64,000 nucleotides of DNA from Octopus bimaculoides (GCF_001194135.2 NC_069001.1:22143882-22207881), one strand, 5' to 3'. Counted from the first letter of the stretch, positions 1 through 14,083 are shown. Translations and numbers: made by a program. Notes: generated from the sequence alone by a model not told the origin.

Positions 1-133
1 TTAACATTTTGTATACAATTTAATTATTAAAATATAATGGCATTTTTTAAAATACATTCAATGTGCACGAGTGTCCAGTGGTGTAAAATAGGCATCAAAG
101 AGGTTCATTAGTAAAAATGCTTGAGAAACGCTG
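1..133. mobile_element. Terminal fragment of a hAT (Charlie-like) MITE
   Basis: Ends in TTGAGAAACGCTG (reverse complement CAGCGTTTCTCAA, Charlie-type TIR), followed by GTTTAAAT, which fits the 8-bp NTNTANAN target pattern; the other end is outside the window. Confidence 0.45.
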
Positions 134-1252
134 GTTTAAATGATTGTGAAATAGATGTTTTTTGGGGGAAACGTTTGGATAACGTTTAAATCATCGGTGA
201 AAAAAATCAGTGATGAATAGGATCTCTAGTGAACTTGTAAAATATACAGGACACATTATTACTTAGCCGATGCAATTTAATTTATTGTGGTAAAGAAATA
301 CAGAAGAGTTGGAAAGAGTGACATTTATAAGTCTGCCAAAGAAATAAAGCTTACTGGTTATTGAAATCTTTGCTTAAGGCTGATAATAGTATTTGATTGT
401 ATGTTTGGATGATGTTTATTGGATTCCAAACAAGTGTAAATTCTCTGAGGTCAACAATTGAAAAATTTTGCTAAATTTGTTTTTACAAAATGTTCAAAAT
501 CATGTACACCCACTGTTAATATGGTACAAAACGTGCATTGTGCGTAGTTGGAAGGTATCAGCAAGGAGATAAACATTAACTGGAAAATCTGGGGCAATAC
601 TTGCTAGAATTTCCAGTGTTTAAAAACGAAATAGCAATCATTATAAACTGAAATTGTCTGTGTAATTCTGGGATAGGAGAAAATTGTTTAAATCGCTGAG
701 ATATGATTGAATGCATTTCATTTCAGGTACCTGCAGGTCACTGAGTATGTGAAATATCATGATGGAATAAATCACAAATGGCGAATATTAATGCAAATAG
801 AACAGAAGAAATAATGGGAAAACAGATATCAAGACAGAGTCATGCATTGAAAATGAACGATGGAAATATAAAGTGGGAGCTGGAGTGAATACCACATGTT
901 GACCCTAAGAAATATACATAAACATAAAATCACTTGATCGACCGACTGGTGTGTGTGTGCGTGTGTGTGATTGTGTTTGTAAAATTGGTTTGGATGAGTT
1001 CTTTCACCAACTAAATTTTCTGCTCATTGAATGAGCGAATAAGCGACTGCAGTTTTGAGAGATACGTACAGCATTAACGTAACAGCATGGCACATTGTGT
1101 GAAAAGGCCGTACTTTTGATTTAGACGAGCCTTAGCACAGTTTCCCTCTAGTTTTCCTCTGCTCGATTACGCTCGAAAGTCTGCGTTGAACTGAATAAAT
1201 GGTAAATGTTACTTACTGAAGCTGACACGCAATTGGATTCCCATCTTGCATC

Positions 1253-1254
1253 AG

Positions 1255-1323
<69 letters not shown>

Positions 1324-1472
1324 TTATCTATCTATCTATTTATCTATTTATCTATCTGAATAGATTTACGTATGAATATGAACATGTACAGATGTACGTA
1401 AATATGTATGTGTGAATGTATGTATGTATGTATGTATGTATGTATGTATGTATGTATGTATGTATGTATGTG
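1253..1472. repeat. Compound (TATC)n / (ATGT)n microsatellites
   Basis: Directly visible tandem tetranucleotide runs. Confidence 0.95.
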
Positions 1473-2080
1473 TATCCCTACCAAGCATTTTCAGCCAATC
1501 TGTTTAAAGGTGTGAAATACGGAATAGAAAGATGACGGAAAGTGGATTAACGAAATATTGTTACAGAATGAAAAAACTCTTATAAGAACAGAAATGTGCA
1601 TAAATGCGGAATAGGTTAAAAATATATCCCCCATCCAACTACTACAAAAACTGAAGTGAAATAAAATATGCCTTCGCATGCATTTACGTGCTAGTTATAT
1701 GTGCTTATTGAAATATAATAACATTAAAATTAGTTGGATTTAGATAAAAACCTGGTAAAATGATCGTTTTGGATTAGATTTACTTAACGGCTCAAAAACA
1801 GAAGAGAATGTACTAGCGTTTTTTTTACAGTGGATAAAGAATTACTCTGAGTTAGTCAGAAGGAAATAGACATCAGTAGAATTTGTGTCATAAATTTAAA
1901 CCGTTTAAGATTTTGCAAAAGAAAACAGTAAGAAAAAATATTAGACCGCAGTTAAAGGGAGAAGAAACCAAAGGAAACAATTTTGTTGGTTAAGTTAAAT
2001 GACTAATATAGATAAGGTGGTTTTCTAAAATGAGAAAACGTTACTTTTACAGTAAAAGACTGAAGGAATTAAATATAGAA

Positions 2081-2082
<2 letters not shown>

Positions 2083-2138
<56 letters not shown>
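2083..2138. repeat. (AAT)n microsatellite
   Basis: Directly visible. Confidence 0.95.
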
Positions 2139-2141
<3 letters not shown>

Positions 2142-2376
2142 TAGGGAAACGACTATATCCATCACTATTGTGTATATATTATGGTATAGCGTAGCAAATA
2201 AACTATTTTGACAAAATCAAATAAAGATGGAATGACTGATATATTGGGGCTATAAACTTGGGTAGTGTACAAATTGTGAGATGCATTGCATGTTTAAAAT
2301 GAAGTACTGATTGCAAATTTGCAGAGACTAGTAAAGTTTACTTTTGTTTATACGAAATATTATCATTACTGTTACT

Positions 2377-2536
2377 AAGGCTGTGAGCTGGCAGAATAGT
2401 TAGAACGCCGGAAAAATGCGTAGTGGCATTTCGTCCGGTTCGATATTATCTTCTATCCTTTTGGGGTGGATAGAATCGACTAGATCTCTCACACGAAACT
2501 GCTGGACTTGTGCCAAAATTTGAAACCATTATTATT
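2377..2536 (+). mobile_element. tRNA-derived SINE, family A (internally deleted)
   Basis: Head AAGGCTGTGAGCTGGCAGAATAGTTAG and tail GGACTTGTGCCAAAATTTGAAACCATTATT match other copies in the window (17872, 19535, 39719, 42190, 51103). Confidence 0.8.
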
Positions 2537-2539
2537 CAC

Positions 2540-3410
2540 CCTACTGCTCCCATTATTATATTTCCCGCAAGATTTATCTTAGAATTAATTTCGGTTATCA
2601 TGTTTGTAGAAGGCACTGATATCATGCCACTTATATTTGCGTTTCTAGTGTAACCTTATTTTTTCATATATCTTTTGTTTGGTGGGAGTTTTCTTTAGGA
2701 TCTTGTATTTTTCCGAGTACTTTTGTCAAAACAGTGTATTTTTTCTTCTTGTGCATTCCTAATTCCTGTGTTTACATTTATCGTTTGAATTAATTCTATT
2801 TCTTCTGTAACTGTTTCCTCGAATGTCTGCGACTTCTGTCTCCTCGCTTACAACTTCCTCATCCGGTCCATTTTCAAGTTTTCTTCTGATCGCCGAAATT
2901 TCAATTTCAGTTATCCGTTTATTAGTTCTAATTTCTCCAGCCTGGTCAGCTAACCTTTGATCAGTGACCTCAAAAGGACCCTTTTCTTCTCATATTTGCT
3001 TGCTTCAGCCTTTGTTTGTAACCTCTCTGATTTGGTTCATTTCTCATAAACACTTAATTGACTCCCTTTTTTTCCATTTTCTCCATTTTCAATCTGGTCA
3101 GTAATTTGATGCCGACGACCGGTAGAAACCTGTCCAGCGTATCCATGTATGCCACATAGGGTAGAGGGTGACCTTCGAGGTAATTGGTTCCAGCCCCACT
3201 TACATCATTATTTGTTAGAAATGTATTTATCATTTACATGAGTACTTCGGTTTCGTAGAGTCTTTCCTTCCCTTAGAGTTTTTACTAAGGTACCATATCT
3301 AGGAAGAGTGTCGATACGACGCAAGAGCTCATCCAATCCATACTATGGATGTTATTTTCTGCCACGACATTAACCCAGAATTTTTATAATATAAAGGATT
3401 AGCTTCATTT
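2540..3410 (-). mobile_element. 5' fragment of an R4/Dong-like non-LTR retrotransposon (decayed)
   Basis: Minus-strand translation with frameshifts gives NQRGYKQRLKQ...KGPFEVTDQRLADQAGEIRTNKRITEIEISAIRRKLE, resembling the RGY..R...W...EQRLADQ.R.I N-terminal motif recalled for R4-clade ORFs; RT portion absent. Confidence 0.55.
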
Positions 3411-3413
3411 TGA

Positions 3414-3455
<42 letters not shown>

Positions 3456-5646
3456 AAAAGTATACTTTCACCAGGGATTTGCTACACAGCGCCAACCCAT
3501 TTACTCTCGTAGTAAAGAAAGGAAGACACTTGTTGTTGGATTGCAGTTCACTCCACTGAGTTCATTCGTCCTTTGACAGGGTTTGTTTTTGGTCCAGCAA
3601 GGCATCAGACAAAACCACCCATCACATCAAATAAGCTTGGTATGCATGTCTGTTTTGTCACAGACCGTGCAACAGGTTGTCTTGAGCCATACGTTACCAT
3701 TAACTTGAAGAATGACATGACATCATTATTACTATTGTTGTTGTTGTTGTTGTTATTCCGTTCAAAGATAATTCGAGAGATTTCATCACATTTCTTCAAA
3801 TTATTGCAGTGATCATGGAGGCGTAATTTACGGGAAAAATTCCTGAACAATATGTTTCATTATAGTTTGATCTAACACCACCTTCTTGGGTATTACCTAA
3901 GATTGCAAAACAGGCATGCAAAAAGAAAAAAAATCTGTTAACTGGGGAGGTTCAACATATCCACAGCATTTGCAATCAGTCAGACCAAATTACAGAATTA
4001 ATAAAAAAAAAAAACGCTTCAATTTATCCTGTCCATTGTACGGATAAGATTTCCAGAAAAAGAAGTAATAAAGGCTATATTTAGAGAGAAATTAAAATAC
4101 ACGATCGATATCTCATCATTATAAAGAAGAGAGTTAGAAAAAAGAAAATAATTTATTTGATTTGCATTAAACTTATATGTTTCCTTACAGTCGAAAAGTT
4201 CATATTTCATTTGATACGTTTCATAGGCAAAAATAAATATCACATTTATAAAATGCATAATGTTAAGTTTAATTATTGCTTTTTAAATAACCCAAATAGT
4301 ACGTTACAACGCAGAAAATACTCCAGCCCAGCCACATTAACTGTTGTATCAGCTGATATCAGTGCTAAGCATCTTGCACAGCAAAACAAATTAATCTGGT
4401 TTGAAGGAACTCTATCGTTGAACAGACTGACAAACCCTTATTCAAACTGATGAAATATACGGGTCGGAAAGACAACGACGTCGAAAGAAGAGACTTTCAG
4501 TATATCTAGTCTTTTAGTACAAGAGAAGGAATGATAAAAGTTCCTCTATTCAAAACCTTACATATTCACACAAAATTCTGTGACTTTTATAAAGATGAAT
4601 AATATACAACACCTAAGGGAGCTCCCCATTACATAATTTAATTTTTAAACCACTGGTTGATTACAACAATTCATAATCAATGCATCAGTATTGCGTATAA
4701 TTCGCATTTGTTCAAGAGTATCCAAAGACTGCTACAGCGCCTACTCATCAAGTAGCAGGCATCCGGCTATTACCGCCAACACATGAGTCGTACTTAATGG
4801 GAAGAACGAGTTTTTTACGCAATTTAATATTATTCAGAGACTGTATGTGAGACGTTTCAATCAGAGACTGTTAACTCTCACATTATGCTGAAAGTACGTA
4901 TTTATTTTGTATGCTTGCATTTTAGAAGTATGTTTTTATTTTGTTTTAAAGTCATTTGCACATATGAATAAGTGAATATTTGTGTTTTAGAATGTATATA
5001 TATTCGGGGGTGTCGTTTGTATGTAGTAAACAAAGAGGATTCTGTTCGGACAGCTGTCGGTGCTATTATCTAATATACATTACATAGTATGTATGCTTAA
5101 AACGCTGTCATCATTAACGTCTACATACATGTATGTTTGGTCACCGAAAGTTGTTGAAACAATTGTAAACCATGAAATAAACATTATACCATAAACTCCA
5201 TTCTTCACTTATGCACACACACATACACACACACAAACACTCACACACATACACAAACACACTCTCTCTCACACACACACACGTACACACACACATACAC
5301 ACACACAAACATTCACACACATACACAAACACTCACTCTCTCTCTCTCACACACACACGTACACACACACACACACACTCGCATACACATGTATATAGAT
5401 ATGCTCTTTCGAATATATGTCTCTCATATTGATCTTTTAAATATGATGCATATCTGTCAAAAGGAGAATTAAATTCTTACAGAACTACTTAAATATAGTA
5501 TAGTGTTACTTTTGAAGAAATGAACAAGTATTTTTATAACATTTTAGTATACATAAGAATTTAAAAATCAATCTACATCGAATATGATAATAGCGAACGC
5601 AAGAGTTTCAATGTATCGTAAAACCAATTTCAAAGTTATACATATA

Positions 5647-5808
5647 GGCACAGGAGTGGCTATGTCGTAAGTAGTTTGCTTCGCAACCACATGGATCCGG
5701 GTTCATTTTCACTGATTGGCACCTTGGGCAAGTGTCTTCTACTATAGACTCGGGCCGACCGAAGCCTCGTGAGGGGATTTGGTAGACGGAAACTGAAAGA
5801 AGCCCATC

Positions 5809-5810
<2 letters not shown>
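5647..5810 (+). mobile_element. tRNA-derived SINE, family B (CORE-like central box)
   Basis: A/B-box-like head GGCACAGGAGTGGC...CCGGGTTCA, central GCACCTTGGGCAAGTG, (AT)n tail; inverted copies at 51370 and 55209. Confidence 0.85.
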
Positions 5811-5852
<42 letters not shown>

Positions 5853-6479
5853 ATATATATGTGTGTATGTGTGTGTATGTTTGTGTGTCTGTGTTTGTCC
5901 CACCACCATCTGTGATAGCTGTAGTAACTGGCAGTAACTCTTTACAGCTGCTGCCAGTTGCTACTCATCATTAATAGAGTGACAAAATAAACCACGTGTT
6001 TTAAATTTCATTCAGAAGCAGGCTTTTCACACATAGAAAGTGCGTAGGCCACTAACTCAGGTTAAGCTATTTGGGATTTCTAAGCATATCCTGCAATTGG
6101 CGTCACCACTGGATGAGCACGAGCTAGACACAGCAAGCCATGAACTGAAGCTCCTATTAAGAAACTTGCCCGAGAGCAATACAGTATATTTATGCTAATA
6201 ACTGGGATTAAGTACGTACGTTTCTTTTGAAACTGTACAATTTAGTCCACATATTTAAAAAATGCCTCTTACTTGTGTAAGGATGGCTACCACACATTTC
6301 ATTACTCTCCACTCCTGAAGGGGAAATAAAAAGCAATACAAGCTAAACCTACCAATATAGAATGCAATGACACGTATAATGAACACAATACACTTGTAAA
6401 ACATCTCTGCAATATTTTACAGATAATAGCTCTCATCGGTGTCTGGTGGAGACGCTGAAAGGAAATTCTGACTTTACGT

Positions 6480-6790
6480 TTGGATCAGGTCTCTTGATAC
6501 AAATGACCAAAGGATAGTTATATTTCTGTATTACCATATTCCAACTACCGCCTTATAAATATAAGGCTTCGTGGATGTTCCCTTTCTCTAACCATGAGCA
6601 GAACTGAGTATATCATGAAAAGTAGTGATGCGAATGATGTTCTCATCACGTTGGGAAACATTGATGCAGGTTACTGGACTGATTATCGAATGATTATTGT
6701 TAAGCTCTATATGAAAATGCATTCCGCTTTGAGGCTCCAAAACCCCAACGAAAATAGGAATTTATTTGCAACTGCTTGAGCGGTACAGAA
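6480..6790 (+). mobile_element. Possible RTE-type LINE endonuclease C-terminal fragment
   Basis: Translates to ..DANDVLITLGNIDAGYWTDYRMIIVKL, resembling the APE-terminal DV..TR...A.CWTDHR motif of RTE elements; weak. Confidence 0.35.
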
Positions 6791-7169
6791 GATAGAAATA
6801 AATCCTGATGCCTTGTGTATGATACAATGGGTATCGTAAGTTTGTCTGTGCACGGAAAATACTATGAAATAACAACGGTGCTGTATTAAATCTGTCGTAC
6901 ACAAAGAAACGACCATAATCACCGACCTTAAGAGGAGGAAGAAGCCATCTACAAGTACTTGTATAGAGTACAACCAGCAACATTGAGCAATTTATAATCT
7001 AATCAGACCACACAGCATTGGTGATAGCCATAGTTAAATGTGTAAATGGTAATACGCATCGAACAGGACTATTGGTAGTTGACAAAGATATACATAATCC
7101 CACTTACCTGACAATGGAAATAACGTGCATAATTTTCACAATGTTGTTAAAATCATCTTCAGACAAATA

Positions 7170-7427
7170 CGGTAATCCCTCGATTATCGCAGGTGTTGCG
7201 TTCCCAAAACCTCCGCGATAGGTGAAAATCCGCGAAGTATAAACAGTACTTTACTGTATATTTTTTATTACTATTTTCATAATTTGTGTAGATTTATTTT
7301 CATAATTATTTTCATAATTTGTGTATATTTAATTTATTATAAATGCAAAACAACACCACAGAGGAATCGACGTAAGCTTTAATAATAAACCAAGATAGGT
7401 GAACCGCGATATGGCGAGGCATTACTG
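7170..7427. mobile_element. pogo/Tigger-like MITE
   Basis: Imperfect TIRs CGGTAATCCCTCG..ATCGCAGGT and (reverse complement) CAGTAATGCCTCG..ATCGCGGT, with TA on both flanks (7168-69, 7428-29). Confidence 0.8.
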
Positions 7428-7499
7428 TATATTGCTTTATCTATTTTCTGCAAAGGGCAGTGAAATATCAAAATATTTCAGACATTGAGACCATTCGTT

Positions 7500-7670
7500 C
7501 AATATTTAAAGCGTCTTTACGTTTTAAGTTCCAATACCACCACGGTTGACTTGGCCTTTCATCGTTTCGGAATCAATAAAATAAGTACCAGTTAAGCACT
7601 GAGGTCGATGGAATCAACCTACCCCACCATCGAAACTTCTGCCTTTGAGTCAAGATTTGAAACCAATATT
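7500..7670 (+). mobile_element. SINE family A, 5'-truncated
   Basis: Shares ATAAGTACCAGTT..CACTG.GGTCGATG and TTTGAAACC with other family A copies. Confidence 0.7.
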
Positions 7671-8159
7671 TAACGCATCTTGGAAACAACCTGGTTTAAG
7701 TTTCTCTCTGACGCAAATCAGTTTGCAGAAATCAACTGCAATATTGTTCGTAATCATTCAATTTTCCCAGGTAAAGCACATGGTAAATGTTTACTTATGT
7801 CGGCCTGCTACAATGTTCCACTCTCAGTAAGATAGCCAACAGATCCCGCTAAGAATAAGATGAAGGACAATATTAACGGTTGTACATTATCGGAGCCGAC
7901 AACACTAGAAGAGGCAACAGTGCTAATTAGTATTGACTGCTTCGTACGTTAGATATGAAGAAGACAACATTAGAAAGAATGGAACCAGGTGAGATGCACC
8001 TGTTGTTGCGATCGATGGTATCACCACAAATATCATACATATACTTGCTCCATTAGTGACATATCTATTTTGGGTACGCAAACTTACTACTCACCATCCT
8101 TGAAAGATTTCACCTCTATTTACCCTTAATACAGTGGGGGTCGTAATTATTGGTTCTCA

Positions 8160-8210
<51 letters not shown>

Positions 8211-8289
8211 TGTATACATACATATATATACATATACTTGTGTATATATATAATTTTTATATATATATATATATATTTGTATACATACA

Positions 8290-8323
<34 letters not shown>

Positions 8324-8328
8324 CATAC

Positions 8329-8628
8329 AAGTGGCTGAGCACTCCACAGACACGTGTAGCCTTAACGTAGTTCTCGGGGTGATTCAGCGTGACACAGAGT
8401 GTGACAAGGCTGGCCCTTTGAAACACAGGTACAACAGAAACAGGAAGAAAGACTGAGAAAAAGTTGTGGTGAAAGAGTACAACAGGGTTCGCTACCACCC
8501 CCTCCCGGAGCTTCGTGAAGTTTTAAGTGTTTTCGCTCAATGAACACTCACAACATCCAGTCTGGGAGTCGAAACCGCGATCCTATGACCGCAAGTTCGC
8601 TGCCCTAACCACTGGGCTATTGCCCCTA

Positions 8629-8629
<1 letters not shown>
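8329..8629 (-). mobile_element. tRNA-derived SINE, family C
   Basis: Minus strand has A box TAGCCCAGTGGTTAGGGC, B box GGTTTCGACTCC, a ~300-bp body and a (GTAT)n tail. Confidence 0.8.
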
Positions 8630-8664
<35 letters not shown>

Positions 8665-9072
8665 AAGGCACATGTTCATATTTGTATTATGTGTGTAGGT
8701 ATGTATGTGTGAAGGTATGCGTAGTCGATTGAGTCCTTTGTGTGAATAGTATATGTATGTGTGTGTGTGTTTGGTAAAAAGGATGGGGAAGGACTAGAGT
8801 TCTGCTTTTCCCTATCTCAGCGTTTGGACAAAGAGTTCAATAAGAAAATTTATTACCAGTAGAATAGGAAGATGAACGCTATCATTTTGGCTAGAAAAAT
8901 TTATTTACAGAAAGACGAGGACAAATAACATAAACTTTTAAATACATTTGGTAATATGTAATAATACATGATATCCTATAAGTTTACGATGATACTGGCA
9001 AACTTTTTGAGTGGGTTGAAATATTGACTATATAGAAGATTTATAATGGAAATGTAACTAATTGTTTGTTAG

Positions 9073-9150
9073 ACAGCTGTATTGTCGATCTTAATTTATA
9101 TTATAACGGAATTACTACTCAATTGCAGTCTGAATATTCGCACGATGAAG
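9073..9150 (+). CDS. Candidate host exon, phase 1-1: (D)SCIVDLNLYYNGITTQLQSEYSHDE(G)
   Basis: TTGTTTGTTAG acceptor, G|GTAAAA donor, 78 nt, open frame. Confidence 0.4.
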
Positions 9151-9808
9151 GTAAAATTAATTATTCTATTTCAAATCTTTTCAGTTATGTAGTACACTCT
9201 ACGTACAGACGGAAATTATATTCTCTCATTATTACCCAGTTCAACAATCTGTAACATTTTCTATTGTTATTCTTCCCAAGTAACTATTACCAAGTGTTTA
9301 AGCCAAATATCCTTTCTGCCAATAATAAGCTGCTGTTAAAAGATGCTAGATCCGTTAACATTCCACTCTATAAGGCGAAGCCGAATAACTGAGTTTGTTA
9401 ACATCGCTCATTTTTGCAAAGAGTATATTATGAGTTTCACAGAAGTATGCTCTGCCTAAGTTAATATTTGAAGTATTTATCACATTCCTGACAATATATT
9501 TTAATATTTACATTTTCCCATGAACTTTTGTGTATATGTATGTATGTGGACAAGATATCGGATTTGAGATGTTACAGGTAATTTTACGATATGGATTGGA
9601 GACTCTGTGGGTACAAGTTCGTTTCTGTGTAGTCATGACTATCGAGCCGTTAACGATTTGCACTTGAAAAAGTTTATGATCTTTGCGGATTATTTGGGAA
9701 ACACTAACAATTAAAAGATGATCGAAACTTTCTGGCTTGATTGTTAGACATATTTCCTTTGAATGAAGTATAGAATCCCATAGCGCTTCTCTTTCCTACC
9801 TTCTTCAG

Positions 9809-9990
9809 GTGTAAATGTTACTCTAGTTAATCTCTATATACACCAACAGAACTTTTAACAACATATATCGCAAACGCCTGGTTGTATCGAAATACAGCAG
9901 CATTGAAAATCATGATGTCCGCCGATGGGTTGTATGCTATAATTCTGATGACTGTGATGGGTCTCTAATTACAGTCGATGATTGAAGTTT
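9809..9990 (+). pseudogene. Candidate exon following 9073-9150: (G)VNVTLVNLY / TNRTFNNIYRKRLVV...DGSLITVDD*
   Basis: Strong pyrimidine tract CTTCTCTTTCCTACCTTCTTCAG; needs a 1-nt frameshift after about 10 codons to stay open. Confidence 0.3.
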
Positions 9991-10485
9991 CCATAGTTAT
10001 AAATAGTTGCTTCATCCGGCTGTTTCTGGAGCAGTTCTACGAGCAGTAATAGACACACACAATATATATATATATATACATATATNNNNNNNNNNNNNNN
10101 NNNNNNNNNNNNNNNNNNNNNNNNNNNNNNNNNNNNNNNNNNNNNNNNNNNNNNNNNNNNNNNNNNNNNNNNNNNNNNNNNNNNNNNNNNNNNNNNNNNN
10201 NNNNNNNNNNNNNNNNNNNNNNNNNNNNNNNNNNNNNNNNNNNNNNNNNNNNNNNNNNNNNNNNNNNNNNNNNNNNNNNNNNNNNNNNNNNNNNNNNNNN
10301 NNNNNNNNNNNNNNNNNNNNNNNNCTTCTTGAGAAAACGAACCTTATTAAAAATACAGATCTTTAAAAGTGTAATAAAAGAAAAGTTCATAATTATTTCT
10401 TACTGGTGTCAACAGAGTCCGAGTGGAAGCGTTTTATGTGTGGGAACATAATGGCTGTTTTGTGCGTTGAATTGAATCGTTGGCT

Positions 10486-10545
<60 letters not shown>

Positions 10546-12204
10546 ATAGTAGTAGTAGTAGTGACCGTGTTGCTAGTGGTGAGTAAGCGGGAGTGATCGT
10601 TGGCCGTTATAGCAGCAGTAGTTAATCGGTTGTAGAATTAGTAGTAGTGTGTGTGTGAGATTGCTTTTGTACTTCTAGGCACAATCTGATCGTTTAACTA
10701 CGTCTGCATCATCGTAATATATTTTCAATAATGTAAGAGTTACTTTGACAGTTTATTTCTATTAGTTTTAAAATACAAAACTTTGGAAGTCATTATATCG
10801 TAAAATCTATTTTTCACTTATCAACTGACTCAAGGAAACAATATCTTTCAAAACAGTCTATTGTTATTCTTTCCAGGTAATTATCACTAAGCGTTTAAGC
10901 CAAATGTCCTTTCAAAACATGGGACATTTATGATATTTCATTTATGACTGATTTTAAATAATATCAAAATTCTTCTTATATGTACAAGAGGCAAAAGCTT
11001 TTGTTTCCCACTCTATAAGTCTCTAAAAGCATTAACCTCATCTGTAGGTATAGAATTTTAAGGAATACTTTTTTCCGTATGTCCTTCGTTCCTTTGACTA
11101 GTTTCTAAGTTTTGCCTTGTGCTTTATTACGTGATATGGAAATTGTTATAGATTCAAAGAATATTTATTTTTAAATCAAGGGTGACGGAATTTGTATGTT
11201 AGACTAGATATATGTGCAAAAACCTATTCGGTATATAGCATCATTCGCATCCTGCTGGAGCAAGCTAGAGAGTGAGACGTCTGAGATGTTGCATTAGCTA
11301 CACCTAGCGTTGGCAATATTATTATCACGTAAATAATGAAATGGGTTGAAGAAATTTCCAAATATATAAACGAGACTTTTCTAGAAATTCTTTATAAAAC
11401 GTACGATTATTACTAAAAATATCTTTATCATATGTTGTGCCTCTCCCATCCCATCTCATTTTAGGTTAATAATTACAGGATAGGTAAGAAAAAAACAAAA
11501 CAAAATATTAACCAAGAAACCATTCTTTAGTCGTAGGTTAAACCAAGGGTGTGGACGAAATCCGCCAGACTCACCTTTGTCTGCACAAGCGTGCACCCGA
11601 GCTTGAATTTAATTTTCATATTGCCAATAATACTTGAAGTCTATTGTATCTTTGTGTTGTAAATCTGGGAAAAGTTTGTCACATTTCAACATTTCAGTGA
11701 CATTTCACCTTTTCTGTAACGCTCTGCAATCTTATGACATTAAAAAGGAAGCCATCAATACTCAAAGTTCGTGTGGCACCACATTTGTTCTGCAAGAATA
11801 CTCCAGCCGGAAATAAGTCCACTGTGTTAAATAATTCAATAAGTCTACAACGAAGGAATAACTTCATAATATACAACTTTATTTAATCTTCTAAACTAAA
11901 TTCCAATATTTTGTTACATTTTCGACCGGACTTCTTATTGCCTCTAGATCGAAACAGGAAAATAATTGTAAAAACAGTGTCTGGTGTGCAATAGGTCAAC
12001 AAATAGTTTTTTTTCTTTTTGTATTTTATTTTTATACAACTTTTCTATTATCTTTTTATATATTTTATATTTTAGTTTTAGAATAGCATTTTTCCCACTG
12101 GTGATGAAAATAAAATTAAAATAAACTTTGAGTATCAGACATCAAAAATATGAGTGAACTGTCCTCAAAACGACGTGCTTTCTTTTACGGTAATTCTTAC
12201 TAAC

Positions 12205-12303
12205 AACGACAACAAGATCATCATCATCATCATCATCATCATCAACTGCAGCAGCAGCAGCAACAGTAACAACAACAGTAACAACAACAGTAATAATCAC
12301 CAC

Positions 12304-12362
<59 letters not shown>
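12205..12362. repeat. Compound trinucleotide microsatellite (ATC/GCA/AAC/TAT)
   Basis: Directly visible. Confidence 0.9.
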
Positions 12363-12364
<2 letters not shown>

Positions 12365-13869
12365 TGTTTGATTATATCAGTTGTTCTGAACTAAAACAAT
12401 GATCTCATCTGAGACGAACCAATTTCAAGAGACCGTTGTTGTCAAGGCTATTGTTTACACAGAAATATTGATGTCCCAAACTTAAAGTCGGTGTTTTACA
12501 AAAAGACGTCCATGAAAGAGACAACACCCCCCGCCGTCGACCCCCATGACCATAAGAACATCTGACAAATCTGCCAACATAGAAACACAAGAAAATATCA
12601 CGTGCAATAAAATGCAAAAACAATAACATTCACAGTAAAAACAATAAAAGAAGTAACACAATCAGATAGAACGCAAAAGTAACAACACAATCATCCAAAC
12701 ATCCGAGCTGTAACCGTGATTAGCTTCAGCTTCGTAAATAAAAATATCCCAGTATAACAGAAATAATACAAATGAAAGAATAGGGCTTTGTGAAAATCGT
12801 TTCCAAATTCCTGCTGAACACTAAAAACCTCATTAAGTATTTCGGAGGAAACTGGTGAATTAGAGGGGACAAATGATGTTTAGGGTAGAATTTTTATGGC
12901 CCAGGTGCATACAGATTTACACAACCTCATGAGTGGATTACTTGTACTTCGTCAAGACTATTCTATATAACCATCCTCAATTTCTTTTCCTAAGAGATAT
13001 AGCCATTCTCATAATGGAATATGTAAATAAAAGTGATTTATGTTAGGATTCGAGGAAAAGCCACTTGTTCAACAATTTCGAAATACTTGATATACATATC
13101 GGATCTGTCGCAGACAGGAAGAGTGCCATTTTACAACAACAACGTTGGTGTTCTTTGCCGTCATAACGAAGAGAAGTAGAAAAGGAAAAAGGGTAACATA
13201 TACTGGCAAACACAACTTTAACGATAGCAGTAGAACCCAAAAGATGTTTCGAGTAAAGCATTGGTAGCAAATTTGATTAAAGCGGAGGCAATTATCGGTT
13301 CTCGGTTCCCCACATTGATGGCCAGGTAGAGCACGGAGAAGAAGAGGGGGGTCTCTTCACAAACATACAGCGAGCCAAATGACATTGATGTAATACAATC
13401 TTAATTTTCCTGACCTCTCCGTCATTGCCCCAACACTAGGCTATTTACAAGTATCTTTTATTCAATGACTGTTTTTTTCTATTTTTCATGTTCCCTTTTC
13501 CACCGTACCCTGTGGTTATATTCATTTTATATAACGTGGGACAGCAATGGAATTCCTATGCATCACCACCATCATTTCTTCTAACTTATCACTTTCTCTC
13601 TGTTTTTCTCTCTCTAATCTTTGACGCTTAATTCCGTCTCCCACCCCTTTTCCAGCATTTATTAAATTACTACAATTTCCATATCACCCTTTTACCAATT
13701 AACCATTTCTTTTCATTATGCTTTACCCTCTCTCATCATCTCGCATAGTCACTCCCTCTTCCCCCTTTCTCTCTCTTCCTCCCTTTCTCTTTTATTCTCT
13801 TCTATCATCTTTTCAGTTCTGGTGGTATTTTAGGCTTTCCGTCTTGGTGCTACTAACCAAGCACTCAGG

Positions 13870-14010
13870 ACACTTTGTAGCGGGATTGACGTTACGAAGA
13901 GCATCCAGCCGTAGAAACCATGTTAAAACAGATGCATAGGAGTACAATACAGTCGGCCTACAAGTCGGATCGTATCGAGCTGTCCAATCCAAGCCAGCAT
14001 AAAAAGCGGA
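13870..14010 (+). mobile_element. 3' part of a further SINE/LINE-tail family
   Basis: GCATCCAGCCGTAGAAACCATG...GTCCAATCCAAGCCAGCAT..AAGCGGA resembles a recalled octopus retroposon tail; no second copy in the window. Confidence 0.35.
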
Positions 14011-14049
14011 AATATATGTGTGTGTGTCATATGTATATGTATACAAGTA

Positions 14050-14083
<34 letters not shown>

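Noticed and set aside
4447-4884. Hammerhead-like words at 4447-4482 (+) and 4846-4884 (-)
   Set aside because: The first lacks stem I/II/III pairing; the second has GAAACGTC and a stem but no CUGANGA core
8560-8629. tRNA-like sequences here and at 5647 and 20694
   Set aside because: A/B boxes continue into SINE bodies and tails with no complete cloverleaf, so they are SINE heads rather than tRNA genes
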